A stretch of DNA of 63,617 bases, counting the filler, from Chiloscyllium plagiosum (taxonomy: Eukaryota), in the NCBI RefSeq assembly GCF_004010195.1. It is 4 parts of one record of this genome, joined end to end, with 100 filler letters (N's around TTAATTAATTAA, not from the genome) between each part and the next. Parts side by side here need not be neighbours in the genome. Positions count along the whole stretch, not along the records: positions 1 to 25,556 come from NC_057716.1; positions 25,657 to 44,983 come from NC_057716.1; 2 more parts are not named here. One strand, written 5' to 3'. The notes below the pieces were generated by a model, which saw only the letters and a list, made by a program, of their open reading frames with translations, made no database searches and had not been told where the DNA came from. Every line of letters starts with the position of its first letter. The first letter of the stretch is position 1. Shown piece by piece: positions 22,345 through 36,361 of this stretch. Both the position numbers and the translations under genes were made by a program.

Positions 22345-22811
22345 TAGATCCACAAAGGTAAGTAAGTTGTAGACTTGTAGCAGCATCACTCAAGGGCAGA
22401 GGCTGTCCTTAATCGGGGCTGACCTCATTAGTCAGTCTGGGGGAGTGGGCCACAATCAGTTGTGGGAATTTGGGCAGTTTGGAGACCTTAACCAGGGGTT
22501 ATCAGCAACCAGTCCATGCTATGCTGGGGGAAGTGGGAAACTCAGGTTTATGGATAGCAGTCATTACTCTGGGTTGCAAGGGGATAATGACAATGAGTGG
22601 GGGGACATTCAGAATGTAAGATGGGATCTGATGAAAGATGTGAGGGCAGAGAGTACTGTGGCAGGGAAGAGTTATGATCACAAGTTATGATCACTGGGGT
22701 GAAAGGAGGAATTTACCTTCAGCACCACCAAATCCCTTTCAGCAAACTGGGGTGTCAAATTGTTTTGTGTCCATTTCCTTTAGAATAGTTGAACAGTAAA
22801 CTTTGAATGTC

Positions 22812-23021
22812 AGCACATGTGGTATGTTTGGTGTGGAACGTGGCGCATGCTGTAGCATTGACATCGATGTAGCACAGTGACATACAGAAGTATAGGTTAA
22901 TAGAGGTGTTCAACATTTTGAAGGATTTTGATAATGTAAAAAACTGTGTCTACTGCAAGAAGATGAGTCAACCAGAGGAGACAGATTAAAGTTAATTTAC
23001 AAAAGGATAAAAAGGAAGGTG
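22812..23021. repeat. Right arm of the inverted repeat flanking ERV-A
   Basis: Reverse complement of 341-557; includes old CR1-3'-like sequence. Confidence 0.8.
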
Positions 23022-23084
23022 AAAAGGTGTGAACAGGTATGCAGCTAGAGTCAATGGCAGAAGGTTATGGCAGTCGTGAGCGAT

Positions 23085-24215
23085 TCATAGAACATAGAAC
23101 ATTATAGCATAGTACAGGTCCTTTGGCCCTCGATGTTGTGATGGCCTTTTATCCTACTCTAAGATCAGACAAACCTACATACCCTTTATTGTACTACCTT
23201 GCATGTGCCTCTCCAAGAGTCACTTAAATATCCTTAATGTATTTGACTCAACGGCCACTGTTTGCAGTGCATTCCACGCATCCACCACTCTCTGTGTAAA
23301 GAACCTATCTCTGACATCTCCCCTAAACCTTCCTCCAATACCTTAAAATTATGCCCCCTCATGATAGTCATTTCTGCCCTGGGAAAAAGTCTCTGGCTAT
23401 CCACTCTATCTATGCCTCTCATCATCTTGTGCACCTCTATCAAGTCACCTCTCATCCTTCTTCACTCCAATAAGAAAAGCCCTAGCTCCCTTCAACTTTT
23501 CTTCATAAGAGATGCCCTCCAGTCTAGGCAGCAACCTGGTAAATCTCCTCTGCACCCTCTCTAATGAGGTGACCAGAATTGAACACAATATTCCAAGAGT
23601 GGTCTCACAATGGATATATCAAGCTGCAGCATAACCTTGCAGCTCTTAAACTCAGTCTCCCTGCTAATGAAAGCCAAAACACCATATGTCGTCTTAACAA
23701 CCCTATCAAGCTGGGTGGCAAGTTTGAGGGATCTATGGACATGGACGCCAAGATCCCTCTGTTCCTCCACACTGCCAACAATTCTGCCTTTATCCCTGTA
23801 ATCTGCATTTAAATTTGACCTTCCAAAATGAATCACTTCATACTTTTCCAGGTTGAACTCCATCTGCCATTTCTCAGCCCAGCTCTGCATCCTGTCAATG
23901 TCCTACTGCAACCTACAAAAGTCCTACACCTTTTCCATAACTCCACCAACCTTCGTGTAATCGACAAACTTACTAAACCACCCTTCCACTTCCTCATCTA
24001 AGTCATTTATAAAAATCACAAAGAGCAGAGGTCCCAGAACACCACTGGTCACTGATCTCCAGGTGGAATACTTTCCATTTACCACCACCATCTGTCATCT
24101 ACGGATCAGCCAATTCTGTATCCAGACAGTCAAATTTCTCTGTATCCCATGCCTACCCTGGGGAACCTTATCAAATGCCTTGCTAAGATCCATTTATACC
24201 ACATCCTCAAAGAAT
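23085..24215 (-). mobile_element. CR1 LINE 3' portion
   Basis: WAEKWQMEFN..RPLLEYCVQFW, RGDLIEV..; (ttctatg)n tail. Confidence 0.9.
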
Positions 24216-24972
24216 TCAATAAGGGATTTGATAGCTGTAACCGCACAATTCAGTGAGGCGTACATCCTGGTGCGCAGATTAATAGTATGAGCAGCAGTTG
24301 AATGCATGAGAAAAACTGCCAGGGCCACTGTGGGAGAAACCTCCACCAAACTCTACCAAAATGATGCTTAGCTAAATGTGGAAAGATTTATCCCAACAAC
24401 ACAATTTTACAATCTATGATGTAATGTATGTAATTAGATACAACTGTGGTACATGAAGGCTAGTTCATTATTCACATCATCCTTAGAACTGATCTTGTTC
24501 TATCTTTATTTTGGTGATTGCATGCTCCAGTACTCCAAGTTATTTTCATTTATTCAGACTGAAACACTCCAGCAATATTCTGAGTGCTGCCTTTAGCTGT
24601 CTTGTCACTTGACTTAGTTTTGATGGAGAATAATTATTTGAATATTGTTTAACTAAAGCCCTTCAGATTGTGTCACTCACAGATAGCATTCATCACCTAT
24701 TAGCTTGCCTTACGTTTCAGATATTATTCTGAGTTATTACATTTTATCTGAAATAATATTCTATTTCGCTGTTGCTGAAGCATGACAGGGAAACGGAAAT
24801 CAAATTTATTTTTGATGGTTGGTTTATAGCATTGAGTTTGTCTATGATCTGGATTCCATTGCAAATTGTATTTGATATGATTTGGTTTGATTTATTATTT
24901 ATAAATGTACCAAGATACAGTGAGTAGTATTGTTTTGCATGCTAACCACAGGAATCATACCTTATATAAGTA

Positions 24973-25555
24973 CCAAGAGATTGGTGCTGGAAGGGCTTCC
25001 TGATGCAGGGCTTTTGCCTGAAACGTTGATTTTCCTGCTCCTTGGATGCTGCCTGACCTGCTGTGCTTTTCCAGCACCACACTCTTGACTCTAATCTCCA
25101 GCATCTGCAGTACTCACTTTCGCTTTATATAAGTATGTCAGGCTAATAGAACAGAATGCAGGATGTAGTGTTACAGCTACAGAGAAGGTGCAGAGAAAGA
25201 CCAGCTCTAATATGAGAGGTCTGTTCATGAGTATGAGTTGATTTTAACCCTACTGCGAATCCTCTTGCAAGGATGCCTGCCTTGAAGAAGTTTTCCTCCT
25301 CTCTCTACAAGAATCTCAGGGAGTCCCTCTCCCACTGCAACTCCCAGGTCATTTCCTCTGCCCTGAAGCTCTTCAACCATGTCCCGAAACAAACTTGACT
25401 TCAACAGTTTCCTCATTTCCCCTTCCCCCACCTCACCCCAGTTCCAAACTTCCAACTCAGCACTGTCCCCATGACTTGTCCGGACTTATCCTATCTGCCT
25501 ATCTCCTTTTCCACCTATCCATTCCACCCTCTCTTCCCTGACCTATCACCTTCAT
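24973..25555. mobile_element. PLE pLTR fragments
   Basis: Hammerhead-like core at ~25000; TSD ttatataagta; PLE 5' ORF start and 3' segments. Confidence 0.7.
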
Positions 25556-25656
25556 CNNNNNNNNNNNNNNNNNNNNNNNNNNNNNNNNNNNNNNNNNNNN
25601 TTAATTAATTAANNNNNNNNNNNNNNNNNNNNNNNNNNNNNNNNNNNNNNNNNNNN

Positions 25657-26085
25657 AGCTCCACATTTCTAATGTGCCTATCCCGTGCAGTTTCCTTCCC
25701 CATCCTATGCTTCCTAAATCTTGCCTAATTGCATCGTAATTGCCTTTCCCCCAGCTGTAACTCTTGCCCAGTGGTATACAACTATCCCTTTCTATCACTA
25801 AAGTAAACATAACAGAATTGTGATCGCTATCACCAAAGTACTCACCTACTTCCAAGTCTAACACCTGGCCGGACTCATTACCCAGTGCCAAATCTAATGT
25901 GGCTTCGCCCCTTGTTGGCCTGTCTACATACTGTGTCAGGAAGCCCTCCTGCACACACTGGACAAAAACTGACCCATCTATAGTACTCGTACTATAGTGT
26001 TCCCAGTCAATATTTGGAAAGTTGAAGTCCTCCATGACAACTACCCTGTCTCTCTCACTCCTATCGTGAATCATCTTTGCTATAC
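25657..26085 (-). mobile_element. CR1 APE endonuclease fragment
   Basis: VVMEDFNFPNIDW..LDL..SDHN. Confidence 0.85.
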
Positions 26086-27109
26086 TCCAGAGCAGCTGTT
26101 CGAAAGCTAGTGCTTCCAAATAAACCTGTTGGACTATAACCTGATGTTGTGTGATTTTTAGCTTAGTACATCCCAGTCCAACAACAGCACCTTCAAATCA
26201 TTACAGAATTTGTGATACATGGTTGATTTCACAACCTTGCATTAGAGTATGGGGCCTGTCAACTCACAACTTGACAGCTTCAAGTGATTATAAATATTTT
26301 GAAGTTGGGAAGTGTAGTGTAGTGAAATGACTTTATCAATGAGACTGCTTCTTTAATAATGAATTCTCCAACAGACGTTTAAAAACTTTATTCTGCCTCA
26401 TCTCAGCATTGCTCTCGAGGTCTGTCTGCCCATAATAGGTGTTGGCAAGTATGCATGGAAAAAGGTGTAAGACCAAAAGATGGACTGGCATGAGTCAGCA
26501 GTGACTTGGCATTGAGGCTATGAAGGTTCAAGATGGTGAGTCGTGGGGCACAGGTTATCATGAAGAGGATGGAGGTAGATGGAGGGGCGTAAGTTGGCTA
26601 GTCTGTTTCAGAGGGTGGTTAAACATCAAACATGTTGATGTGGATCTGGAGTCTGTGGAATTCGATTCTGCAAAGTGCAGTGGATTCTGGGGCAGTGAGT
26701 AAAGGTAAAGAGGCATTACACAGATTTTTAATTGGTAAGGGGTTGAAGGAATATGGAGAAGGCAAGAAAATGGGAGTGAGGAGCACATCAACCTCCTGTT
26801 GCTGCCTGGCTTGCTGTGTTCTTCTAACCTTCTGCTTGTCTACTATGATTAAATGGTGGAGCAGACTCAGTGGGCCAAATGGCCTAATTCTGTTCCTATA
26901 TCATATGAACTTATGAGTCTTGTACAGATCAGATCAGGTAAGATCAGCAGATTCTCCTGCCCAAGTTTTGTTGAGACATCAGGATTAGTAGTTGAGTGAT
27001 ATCATCTCCATACAAACATCTCTTCTATAGACGTTGGATGACTTTGTGTGGAACCCAACAAAAATTCCCCATGGGCAGACCTCAGGAACCATACTGAGAT
27101 GAGCCTCAA

Positions 27110-27705
27110 CAATTTAAATAAGAATATAAAAGGTATAATTAGTAAGTTTGTGAATGACACTGGGATTAGTAGTATATGGACAATGAAAAAGGTTCTCTAA
27201 GATTACAAAGAGATCTTGATCAATTGGGTCAATGGGCTGAAGAGTAGTGGATGGAGTTTAATTTGGAGAAATGTGAGGTATTGCATTTTGGTAATACAAA
27301 CAAGGTTGGATTTATACAATTAAAAGTAGGGCCTTGGGTAATGTTGTAGAACAGAGACACCTAGGGGTTCAGGTACATAATTTGTTGAAGTTTTGTTTCA
27401 CATATAGATATGGTGGTTAAGAAAGCATTTAGCATGCTTGCCTTCATTAATCAGACATTGAGTATAGTAGTTGTGATGCTATGTTGAGGTTTTGCAGGAC
27501 CTTGGTGAGGTCTCTTCTAGAGTCAGTGTCCAGTTCTGGTCACCCTGTTAAAGAAAGGCTATTATTAAGCTGGTGAGGGTTCAGAAGATATTTCCTAGGA
27601 TGTTGCCAGGAATGGAAGGTTTGAGTTATGGAGAGAGGCTAGATATTCTGGGACTGTTTTCATTGGAGCGTAGGAGGTTAAGGGGTGACCTTACATAAAT
27701 TTATA
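27110..27705 (+). mobile_element. Decayed CR1 RT fragment
   Basis: Similar to CR1 at 34613 onward, with many stops. Confidence 0.8.
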
Positions 27706-27721
27706 TAAGCTTATCATCGGG

Positions 27722-29010
27722 AGGCAATGGTCTAGTGATACCATTGCTAGACTGTTAATCCACAGAGCCAGATAATATTCTGGCAACCCGGGTGTGAATT
27801 CTGCCATGGCAGATGGTGTAATTTGAACTCAGTTAAAATCTGGAAGCAAGGGCCTAATGATGACTGTGAATCTATTGTTGATTGTTGGTCACCTTTCACC
27901 CTACCAACCTTCGCATAAACCGCATCATCCACCAACATTTCCGCCACCTCCAAACAGACCCGACCACCAGAGATATATTTCCCTCCCCACCCCTTTCCGC
28001 AAAGACTGTTCCCTCCGTGACTACCTGGTCAGGTCCACGCCCCCCCAAAAACCCACCCTCCCATCCTGGCACCTTCCTCTGCCACCACAGGAATTGCAAA
28101 ACCTGCGCCCACACCTCCTCTCTTACCTCCATCCAAGGCCTCAAAGGAGCATTCCACATCTATCAAAGTTCTACCTGCATATCCACCAATGTCATTTAAT
28201 GTATCTGTTGCTCCCGATGCGGTCTCCTCTACATTGGGGAGACTGGAGCCTCCTCTCAGAGCGCTTTAGGGAACATCTCCGGGACACCCGCACCAATCAA
28301 CCCCACCACCCTGTGGCCCAACATTTTAACTCCCCCTCCCTCTCTGCCCAGGACATGGAGGTCCTGGGTCTCCTCCCTCACCACCCGACGCCTGGAGGAA
28401 GAACACCTCATCTTCCGCCTCGGAACACTTCAACCCCAGGGCATCAATGTGGACTTCACCAGTTTTCTTATTTCCCCTCTCCTCCACCTTACCCCAGTTC
28501 CAACCTTCCAGCTCAGCACTGTCCTCATGACCCGTCCTACCTGCCCATCTTCCTTTCCACCTATCCACTCCACTCTCCTGTCTGACTTATCACCTCCATC
28601 CCCATTCACCTATTGTACTTTATGCTACTTTCTCCCCACCCCCACCCCCCTCTCATTTATCTCTCCACCCTGCAGGCTCCCTTCCTCTATTCCTGATGAA
28701 GGGCTTTTGCCCGAAACGTCGATTTTCCGGCTCCTTAGATGCTATCTGACCTACTGTGCTTTTCCAGCACCACTCTAATCCAGACTTGGGTTTCCAGCAT
28801 CTGCAGTCCTTGTTTTTACCCTGTTGGAAAAACCCAACTGGTTCAGTAATGTCCTTTAGGGAAGGAAACAATCATCCTTACCCGGTCTGACCTACATGTG
28901 AATCCAGACCAACAGCAATGTGTTTGACACTTAATTGCTCTCTGGACAATTAAGGATGGGCAATAAACAATGGCTTGGCCAGCGATGCCCTCATCCCATG
29001 TTTGAATTTT
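27722..29010 (+). mobile_element. Second-family tRNA-derived SINE split by a PLE (related copies ~32465-32770, ~58985-59290, ~61590-61890)
   Basis: tRNA-like head; 3' ggatgggcaataaa..ggccagcgatgcc tail; tgttgg duplicated around the insert. Confidence 0.6.
27889..28821 (+). mobile_element. Penelope-like element, 3' part with GIY-YIG endonuclease and pLTR
   Basis: CKTC..NVI*CICCSRCGLLYIGET..ERFREH; hammerhead-like core at ~28693. Confidence 0.85.
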
Positions 29011-29079
29011 AAAAATCAGGACGGGTACAGATAAGGTGAATGGCAAGTGTCTTTTCCCTAGAATGGGGGATTTCAAGAT

Positions 29080-29765
29080 GTGTAACTGAGTCCAGGGTTT
29101 TACCTGGCCTTTCCCACAAATGCTGGGGAGCTGCTGGTGGTAGGTTTTGCCCTTGCAGGCACTCTGGACACTGCCCTATCAAGGCAGCTATGTCTGCATC
29201 CAATCCTGGCCACCAGACATAACAACACCTTCATTTTGGTAACCCCTGGAAGACCCTGGTGGAATTCAGCCAGTATCTAGCAGTGACCTTTGCTCTCATT
29301 CCCCATAATAATATGCTATCCTCTATTGTGATCTGATATCTCTATGTTCAAAATGGTTTCAATTCTGGATCTGACGGCCTTTTGGATTCCCCCATCACAA
29401 CCAGCTAATTCAGTTTTGCCAGGAACCGAGCTTTCTGTGTCCAAAGTCTGATATTGTCAGCTGTGACTGAAAGTGTGTCCAGAAAGTTTAAAACCATTCC
29501 AGACCCTTCCAGGGACAGTACCACCGATGGTGTACTTCCAACGGGAGGCAGCTCAAGGCATCTGCATTTGCTACTTGGCCTCCCGGATGGTGTTCCGATC
29601 TGTAATCATCTGCATCTCAGTATTAGACCTCACATCTGAATTCAGCCTGAAACTTGGGGTGGCACTACCTTATCCTCTTTGAGTAGACCAAGAAGGGGTT
29701 TGTGATCTGTTATTATCACAAATTTACGTTTCTAAAGGTACTGGTGGAATTTCCTGATTCCAAAT
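29080..29765 (-). mobile_element. Ty3/Gypsy pol fragment (RNase H end to IN zinc finger)
   Basis: KFVIITDHKPLLGL, ADALSCLPL, HQGLPGVTKMK..WWPGLDADI..CPEC. Confidence 0.8.
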
Positions 29766-30199
29766 ATAAAATCATGAGGGGGGTGGATAGGGTAGATAGA
29801 CAAGGTATTTTCCATGGAGTGGAGGAGTCCAGAACTAGAGGGCATCGGCTTAGGGTGAGAGTGGAAAAAATTTAAAGGAACCTAAGGGACAACTTTTTCA
29901 TGCAAAAAGTGGCGCGTATATGGAATGAACTGCCAGTGGGAGAGGCTAGTATAATTACAAGACTTAAAAGACATCTGGATGGGTATATGAATAGGAAGGG
30001 TTTAGAGGGAAATGGGCCAGCTGCTGGCAAATGGAACTAGATTAGATTAGGATATCTGTTTGGCATGGATGAGTAGGAATGAAGAGCATGTTTCTGTGGT
30101 CTACTTCTCTATGACATTAAATATTACCGCCAAACTTGCCTTCTCTATCTCGGCATATTTCTATATTGCATAGCTAAAGTCCTGGATGCATATGCTCTT

Positions 30200-31355
30200 G
30201 GGCATTCCTCCTGTAAAAATACTATCCCTTATTCCCAATTCCTTCGCCTCTGCCGCATCTGATCCCAGGAAGACCAGTTCCACCACAGAACATACCAGAT
30301 GGCCTCCTGCTTTAAGGACTACAATTTCCCCTCCCACATAGTTGATGATGCCCTCCAACGCATCTCATCCACAACCTACACCTCTGCCCTCAAACCCCAC
30401 CCCTCCAATCGTAACAAGGACAGAACCCGCCCGGTCCTCACCTTTCACCCCACTAACCTCTGTATACACCGCATCATTCTCTGCCATTTCTGCCACCTAC
30501 AAACGGACCCCACGAACAGAGATACATTTCCCTCCCCACCCCTTCCCGCTTTCCGTAAAGACCGTTCCCTCCGCGACTGCCTTGTCAGGTCCACGACCCC
30601 CACCAAACCACCCTCCCTTCCTGGCACCTTCCCCTGCCACTCCAGGAATTGCAAAACCTGTGCCCACATCTCCTCCCTCACCTCCATCCAAGGCCCCAAA
30701 GGAGTCTTCCACATCCATCAAAGTTTCACCTGCACTTCCACACGTTATTTACTGTATCCATTGCTCCCGATGCGGTCTCCTGCTACTTGCAGACTGCTTC
30801 AGAGAACATCTCCAGGATACCCACACCAACCAACCCAATCGCCCACTGGCCGAACATTTCAACTTCCATTCCCATTCTGCCAAGGACATGCAGGTCCTGG
30901 GCTTCCCTCATCGCCACTCCCTAACCACCCAATGCCTGGAGGAAGAGAGCCACATTTTCCGCCTTGGAAGCCTTCAACCTCATGGCATCAATGTGGACTT
31001 CACCAGTTTCCTCATTCCCCCTTCCCCGCACCTTACCCCAATTCCAACGTACCAGCTCAGCACCGTCCTCATGACCTGTCCTATCTGTCAATCTTCCTTC
31101 CCACCCATCCGCTCCATCCACCTCTCCAACCTATCACCTTTACTCCCACCTCCATCCACCTATTGCACTCTCAGTTACCTTCCCCACAGCCCCACCCCTT
31201 CCCATTTATCTGTCCACCCCCGAGGCTCCCAGCCTCATTCCTGATGAAGGGTTTTTGTCCTAAACATCGATTCTCCTGCTCCTCAGATGCTGCCTGACCT
31301 GCTGTGCTTTTCCAGCACCACACTCGTAACTCTGATCTCCAGCATCTGCAGTCCC
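30200..31355 (+). mobile_element. Penelope-like element, 3' part (RT C-terminus, GIY-YIG, pLTR)
   Basis: IPYSQFLRLCRI..CKTC..VIYCIHCSRCG; pLTR core at ~31241. Confidence 0.85.
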
Positions 31356-33917
31356 CTTGTGCTATCCACCTTTATACATTCTAATACATCCAACATGGGC
31401 TATCTGAAATATATCACCAACTTCCCCAAGTTCACAAATCTTCAGATCTTTTTTCATGGTAAATGCATAATTGTTCAGTGCCATTGCAGCTCTTAAAAAT
31501 AAGCATTACCTTCATTATTTTGATAGCCACTACCAATCATCCTGAAATCAACCTGTTCTGATGAAAGAAAGCATATATCTTCAAGTCTTTCTACATATGC
31601 ATATTTCCTCATACTAGGCAGTGAATCTGCACTATCCTATTGCATCAACAAGGTTTCCTGAGGTCTGGAAGCTAAAACTAACCACTCTACTTTAAATGTG
31701 CTAAGGACAGCAAAGGATGGTGCATGTATGGAACGAGCTGCCAGAGGAAGTGGTGGAGACGAATACAATTACAACATTTAAAAGGAATCTGGATGGGTAT
31801 GTAAACAGAAGGCATTTAGAAGGATATGAGCCAAATGCTGGCAAATGAGGCTAGGTCAGATTTGGATGTCTGGTTGTCATGGAAAGTTGGATCAAAGGGT
31901 CTGTTTCTCTGCTGTATGACTCTAAACTATAACAACATTTTATTTCAACTTAATCCAGTTTTATATTTTATGCCACTCTTCAATAAATGTGGTACTATAC
32001 AATATATTATGGCCTTTTCCATATAAAATGCCACTTTTAATACCTAATGAACTAAACCCCATAATTCACTCCATTCTCTCTGCTCTTCCACATCACCTGA
32101 GTTATTTCCATTCAATATATGTTATTAATTTTAATTTTGAAGAAAAATATACTTTGGTCATTGCAAATTTCCTTACATTAGATCTAAATAAATGATTAGC
32201 TGGCTAACTACCCATTGCAGTGAACAAACCCTCTGAAATTTTGAAGACACAGCCTAATTTATGTTGTGTGGATGAGTTGCTAACAAGCATTATGATGCAA
32301 TATGCTAGGTTTGACAGGTCAGGATCGGGACAATTACTGGTGTTGCCTTTGCAGTCATGAAAGGTAAAAACCACAAATGTGTGTGGACTAATGTAATTAT
32401 TTTTATCTGGCTTCTTTGGTTTCATCACACCTGAACTGATTGGAGAGGACAGCATGCATGACCTTTTTTTAATTCATTCATGAGTCGCAGGTTTTGCTGA
32501 CTATGCCAGGTGGCATTTGAGAGTCAACAGCATTGCTGTGGGTCTGGAACCACATATGGGTCAGACCATGTAAGGAAAGCTATTTCACTCCTTCAAGGAT
32601 ATTAGAGAACCAAATGAGTTCTTATAATAATCAGCAATGGTTTCATAGTCATCTTTAGACTCTTAATTCCATGGTTCTGGATTAGTGGTTTACCTCTTAA
32701 TTCCACGTTTTCATTCAATTAAAATTCAATGATCTGCCATGATAGGATTCGAATCCAGGTCTTCAGCTCACAGTTCACAAGTCCAAATCAAGGATGATTA
32801 AAAAAAAAGATAAATCAGCAAAGGTTCTGAAGACTTTTATACAAATGCTCCTGCCCTGGAAACTTCAGAATATAAACCACTGCTGCTGATGTGATTGGCT
32901 CCTCTCAACTTACTAGATTTTCCTGCTTGGAGAAACTAAAATTTGCTTCTGAACTCAACTCCTGATTCTTGTAATCTGAAAGTTTGAACTTTCTGTTCTT
33001 AAGCCTACATTCTAAAATCAGATTAATTGACTATTGCCTTGATAATTGCCTAACTCTATCTGTCATAAAGTCAGCAAAATAAATATCTTAACTATTAACA
33101 CGACAGAATTTCCTCCAAGCACTTTACTGAAGTCTACAGCCTTCTTAGAAATGATGTATTTAGATCACTGTCCAAATAATTTTGACATTATTTTTAAAAA
33201 ATTATCTTCATGTAACACCAAAATTGATTTATATCTATTTTAAAACCAAATTTGAAAAATAGTGATAATATGTTACTCATGTTTATCAAATATAAGGAAA
33301 TAAGTAACAATATTGTTTGAGAGTATTTCACAATAAGGAATGTTGGAGAACATTTCTAACATAGTGCCATGTAGGAAATGACAGCAAGTGATTGAGACGT
33401 ATGAAATTAGAAGGTAGGTATCAAGTTGAGTTAAAAATGAGCAGCAGGAAAGTAAAAAGTAAAAGTTCAGAATTAAGTGTGTGACACCAAACTTTGCAAG
33501 CATTACTGTGATATGAGGTGAAATAATTAAGTTGTACAACCTTTAATAAATTAATTATTTGACAAGAAAGTGAAATGGGGATAAAGAGCTGAACTGCACA
33601 GCACTGATTTTCACTGTATACACAAAAGGAAACAACCTCAGGTACAGCCGGCAGTCCCAATACTCTGTTAATACCAACAACATCGCCATGAAATATTCGA
33701 AGGAGATTATCATTAGATTGCAAAAACATCCATGTATATCCAGAGATTAATCTCTTCCAAGGTGGAAATCAAAGTCCTGTGATGCAAAAAAGAATGTGGA
33801 TTGTGATTTTGAATTAGTAAGGTTATTTTGAATTATCAAAACTTATTATTCCAGAAACCAAGATGAACTAGTTAATAAAAACTGTTCTGAGAAAGGGTCT
33901 CTTGACCTGAAACATTA

Positions 33918-34250
33918 CAAATTAGCGAGTTTTGAGAAGATTTGTAGCTCAGGTTGAGGTTCGGGATGTAGGTTTGCTTGCTGAGCTAGAAGGTTCGTTT
34001 TCAGACATTTCATCACCATACTAGGTAACAATACCATACTCGGACACATGAACATCAAGTAGCCACAAAAAGACATGACCCACTCTCACTCGTGTCTTTA
34101 CATACTGATGAGGAAGGACACCACTTCAACTGGGACAACACATCCATCCTAGGATAAGCCAAACAGAGACACACATGAGAATTCCTAGAAGCATGGTGAT
34201 GAAACATCTGAAAACGAACCTTCCAGCTCAGTGAGCAAACCTACAACCAC
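33918..34250. mobile_element. Second PLE family, inverted pLTR fragment
   Basis: Matches the 37900-38025 end in both orientations. Confidence 0.7.
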
Positions 34251-34532
34251 AACTTTACAAATGCTGCCAGACCTGAGCTTTTTGAGCAATTTCTGTTTTG
34301 TTTATGAAGTAGCTAATACCTAGATGAAGTTTAAATAATTAGTAACAGCTAAAACAAATTTCAGAAAACAACTTCAGGCTCTTTTATGAGGTTGGAGCTA
34401 TGGTGAAATAAGCAAATGCCCTGGAAATGGCAATACTGTTCTTATATTCTAAGCTGGACAATACTTGATAAATTAGCACTAGATGAATCTAATTATAGAA
34501 TGAAAACAGGGTTGATTGATCATGTTTTTAGC

Positions 34533-35375
34533 AAGGTTACATCTCACGGAATACAGAGAAAACTAGCCATTTGGATATAGAACTGGCTCAAAGGTAGAAG
34601 ACAGATGGTGGTGTGGAGGGTTGTTTTTCAGACTGGAGGCCTGTGACCAGTGGAGTGCCACAAGGATCGGTACTGGGTCCTCTACTTTTCATCATTTATA
34701 TAAATGATTTGGATGCGAGCATAAGAGGTATAGTTAGTAAGTTTGCAGATGACACCAAAATTGGAGGTATAGTGGACAGCGAAGAAGGTTACCTCAGATT
34801 ACAACAGGATCTTGATCAGATGGGCCAATGGGCCGAGAAGTGGCAGATGGAGTTTAATTTAAATAAATGTGAGGTGCTGAATTTTGGAGATGCAAATCTT
34901 AGCAGGACTTATACACTTAATGGTAAGGTCCCAGGGAGTGTTGCTGAACAAAGAGATCTTGGAGTGCAGGTTCATAGCTCCTTGAAAGTGGAGTTGCAGG
35001 TAGATAGGATAGTGAAGAAGGTGTTTGGTATACTTTCCTTTATTGGTCAGAGTATGGAGTACAGAAATTGGGAGGACATGTTGCAGCTGTACAGGACATT
35101 AGTTAGGCCAGTTTTGGAATATTGCATGCAATTCTGGTCTCCTTCCTATCAGAAAGATGTTGTGAAACTTGAAAGGGTTCAGAAAAGATTTACAAGGATG
35201 TTGCCAGGGTTGGAGGATTTGAGCTATAGGGAGAGGCTAAACAGGCTGGAGCTGTTTTCCCTGGAGAGTCGGAGGCTGAGGGGTGACCTTATAGAGATCT
35301 ACAAAATTATGAGGGGCATGGATAGGGTAAATAGACGAAGTCTTTTCCCTGGGGTGGGGGGGAGTCCAGAACTAG
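34533..35375 (+). mobile_element. CR1 RT fragment
   Basis: ORF 34613: GVPQGSVLG..FADD..RPVLEY. Confidence 0.9.
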
Positions 35376-35504
35376 ACTCTATTCCAATGAGCCAACACAC
35401 ACTGCAGCACAGAGGAACTATGCAGAGCAGAGGAAAATCACCTATACCGTGTATTCAAAAACAATGGGTATCCAGTGAACACAGTCCGTCGATTTCTCAG
35501 CAAC

Positions 35505-35780
35505 AAAGCCAAACAGTGCCAGAGACCCGGGTTCAATTCCCGCCTCAGGTGACTGACTGTGTGGAGTTTGCACATTCTCCCCGTGTCTGCGTGGGTTTCC
35601 TCCGGGTGCTCCGGTTTCCTCCCACTGTTCAAAAATGTGCAGGTTAGGTGAATTGGCCATGCTTGCCCATAGTTTTAGGTGAAAGGGTAAATGTTGCGCT
35701 TCAGCAGGTCGGTGTGGACTTGTTGGGCTGAAGGGCCTGTTTCCACACTGTAAGTAATCTAATCTAATCTAATCTAAAAA
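35505..35780 (+). mobile_element. HE1-type SINE
   Basis: B box, core and (aatct)n tail. Confidence 0.85.
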
Positions 35781-36361
35781 TGTCATGAAGTGGATTTTAT
35801 TAACTCAGATGCCCTACATCAGAATTCACAGCCCAGAAGAACAAACAGAAGGTGAATTTGACTAAACATTGTTTTTAACTTTGAATGTCTCTGTGATTAC
35901 TGAGAATTCCATTTATTAAAAATTGCAAGGATCTGTGTCATCAGCCCATTTTGAACAGTTGGACTGTGAGGCAGCTATGTGTTTTAAAGCAAAAATAATA
36001 AATAAACTGTTATTTGTTTATGAGGCCAGGCCTGGAAGTTAATTGCAGGTTGGTTCTTGTTCAAAGAATGCTCTACAGACACTTCAATTCCTCAAACAGG
36101 TGGCACACGCTGAATGTTAACTGAGATCTTGTGGGGAGACAGCCAGTCAGGCAGGGATTGGTCAGATTTTCAACTGATTTTAGGGCCGAGTTTAGGTCAG
36201 AAGGATTGTGCCTGTGAAAGCTACAGGATGCAAGTTTGATTGCTCCCTGAATGTTTTCTCATTATCAACATACTGCAAGTTCAGAGAATAGAATCTCAGT
36301 TATAAGAATGAATAAGTATTCCTCAAAGTCTATTCAAAGCTATCTGCATCCATTTATGTCC

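Noticed and set aside
25601..25612. ttaattaattaa islands inside N runs (also ~45028 and ~55829)
   Set aside because: Identical motif centred in equal-sized gaps: a scaffolding artefact
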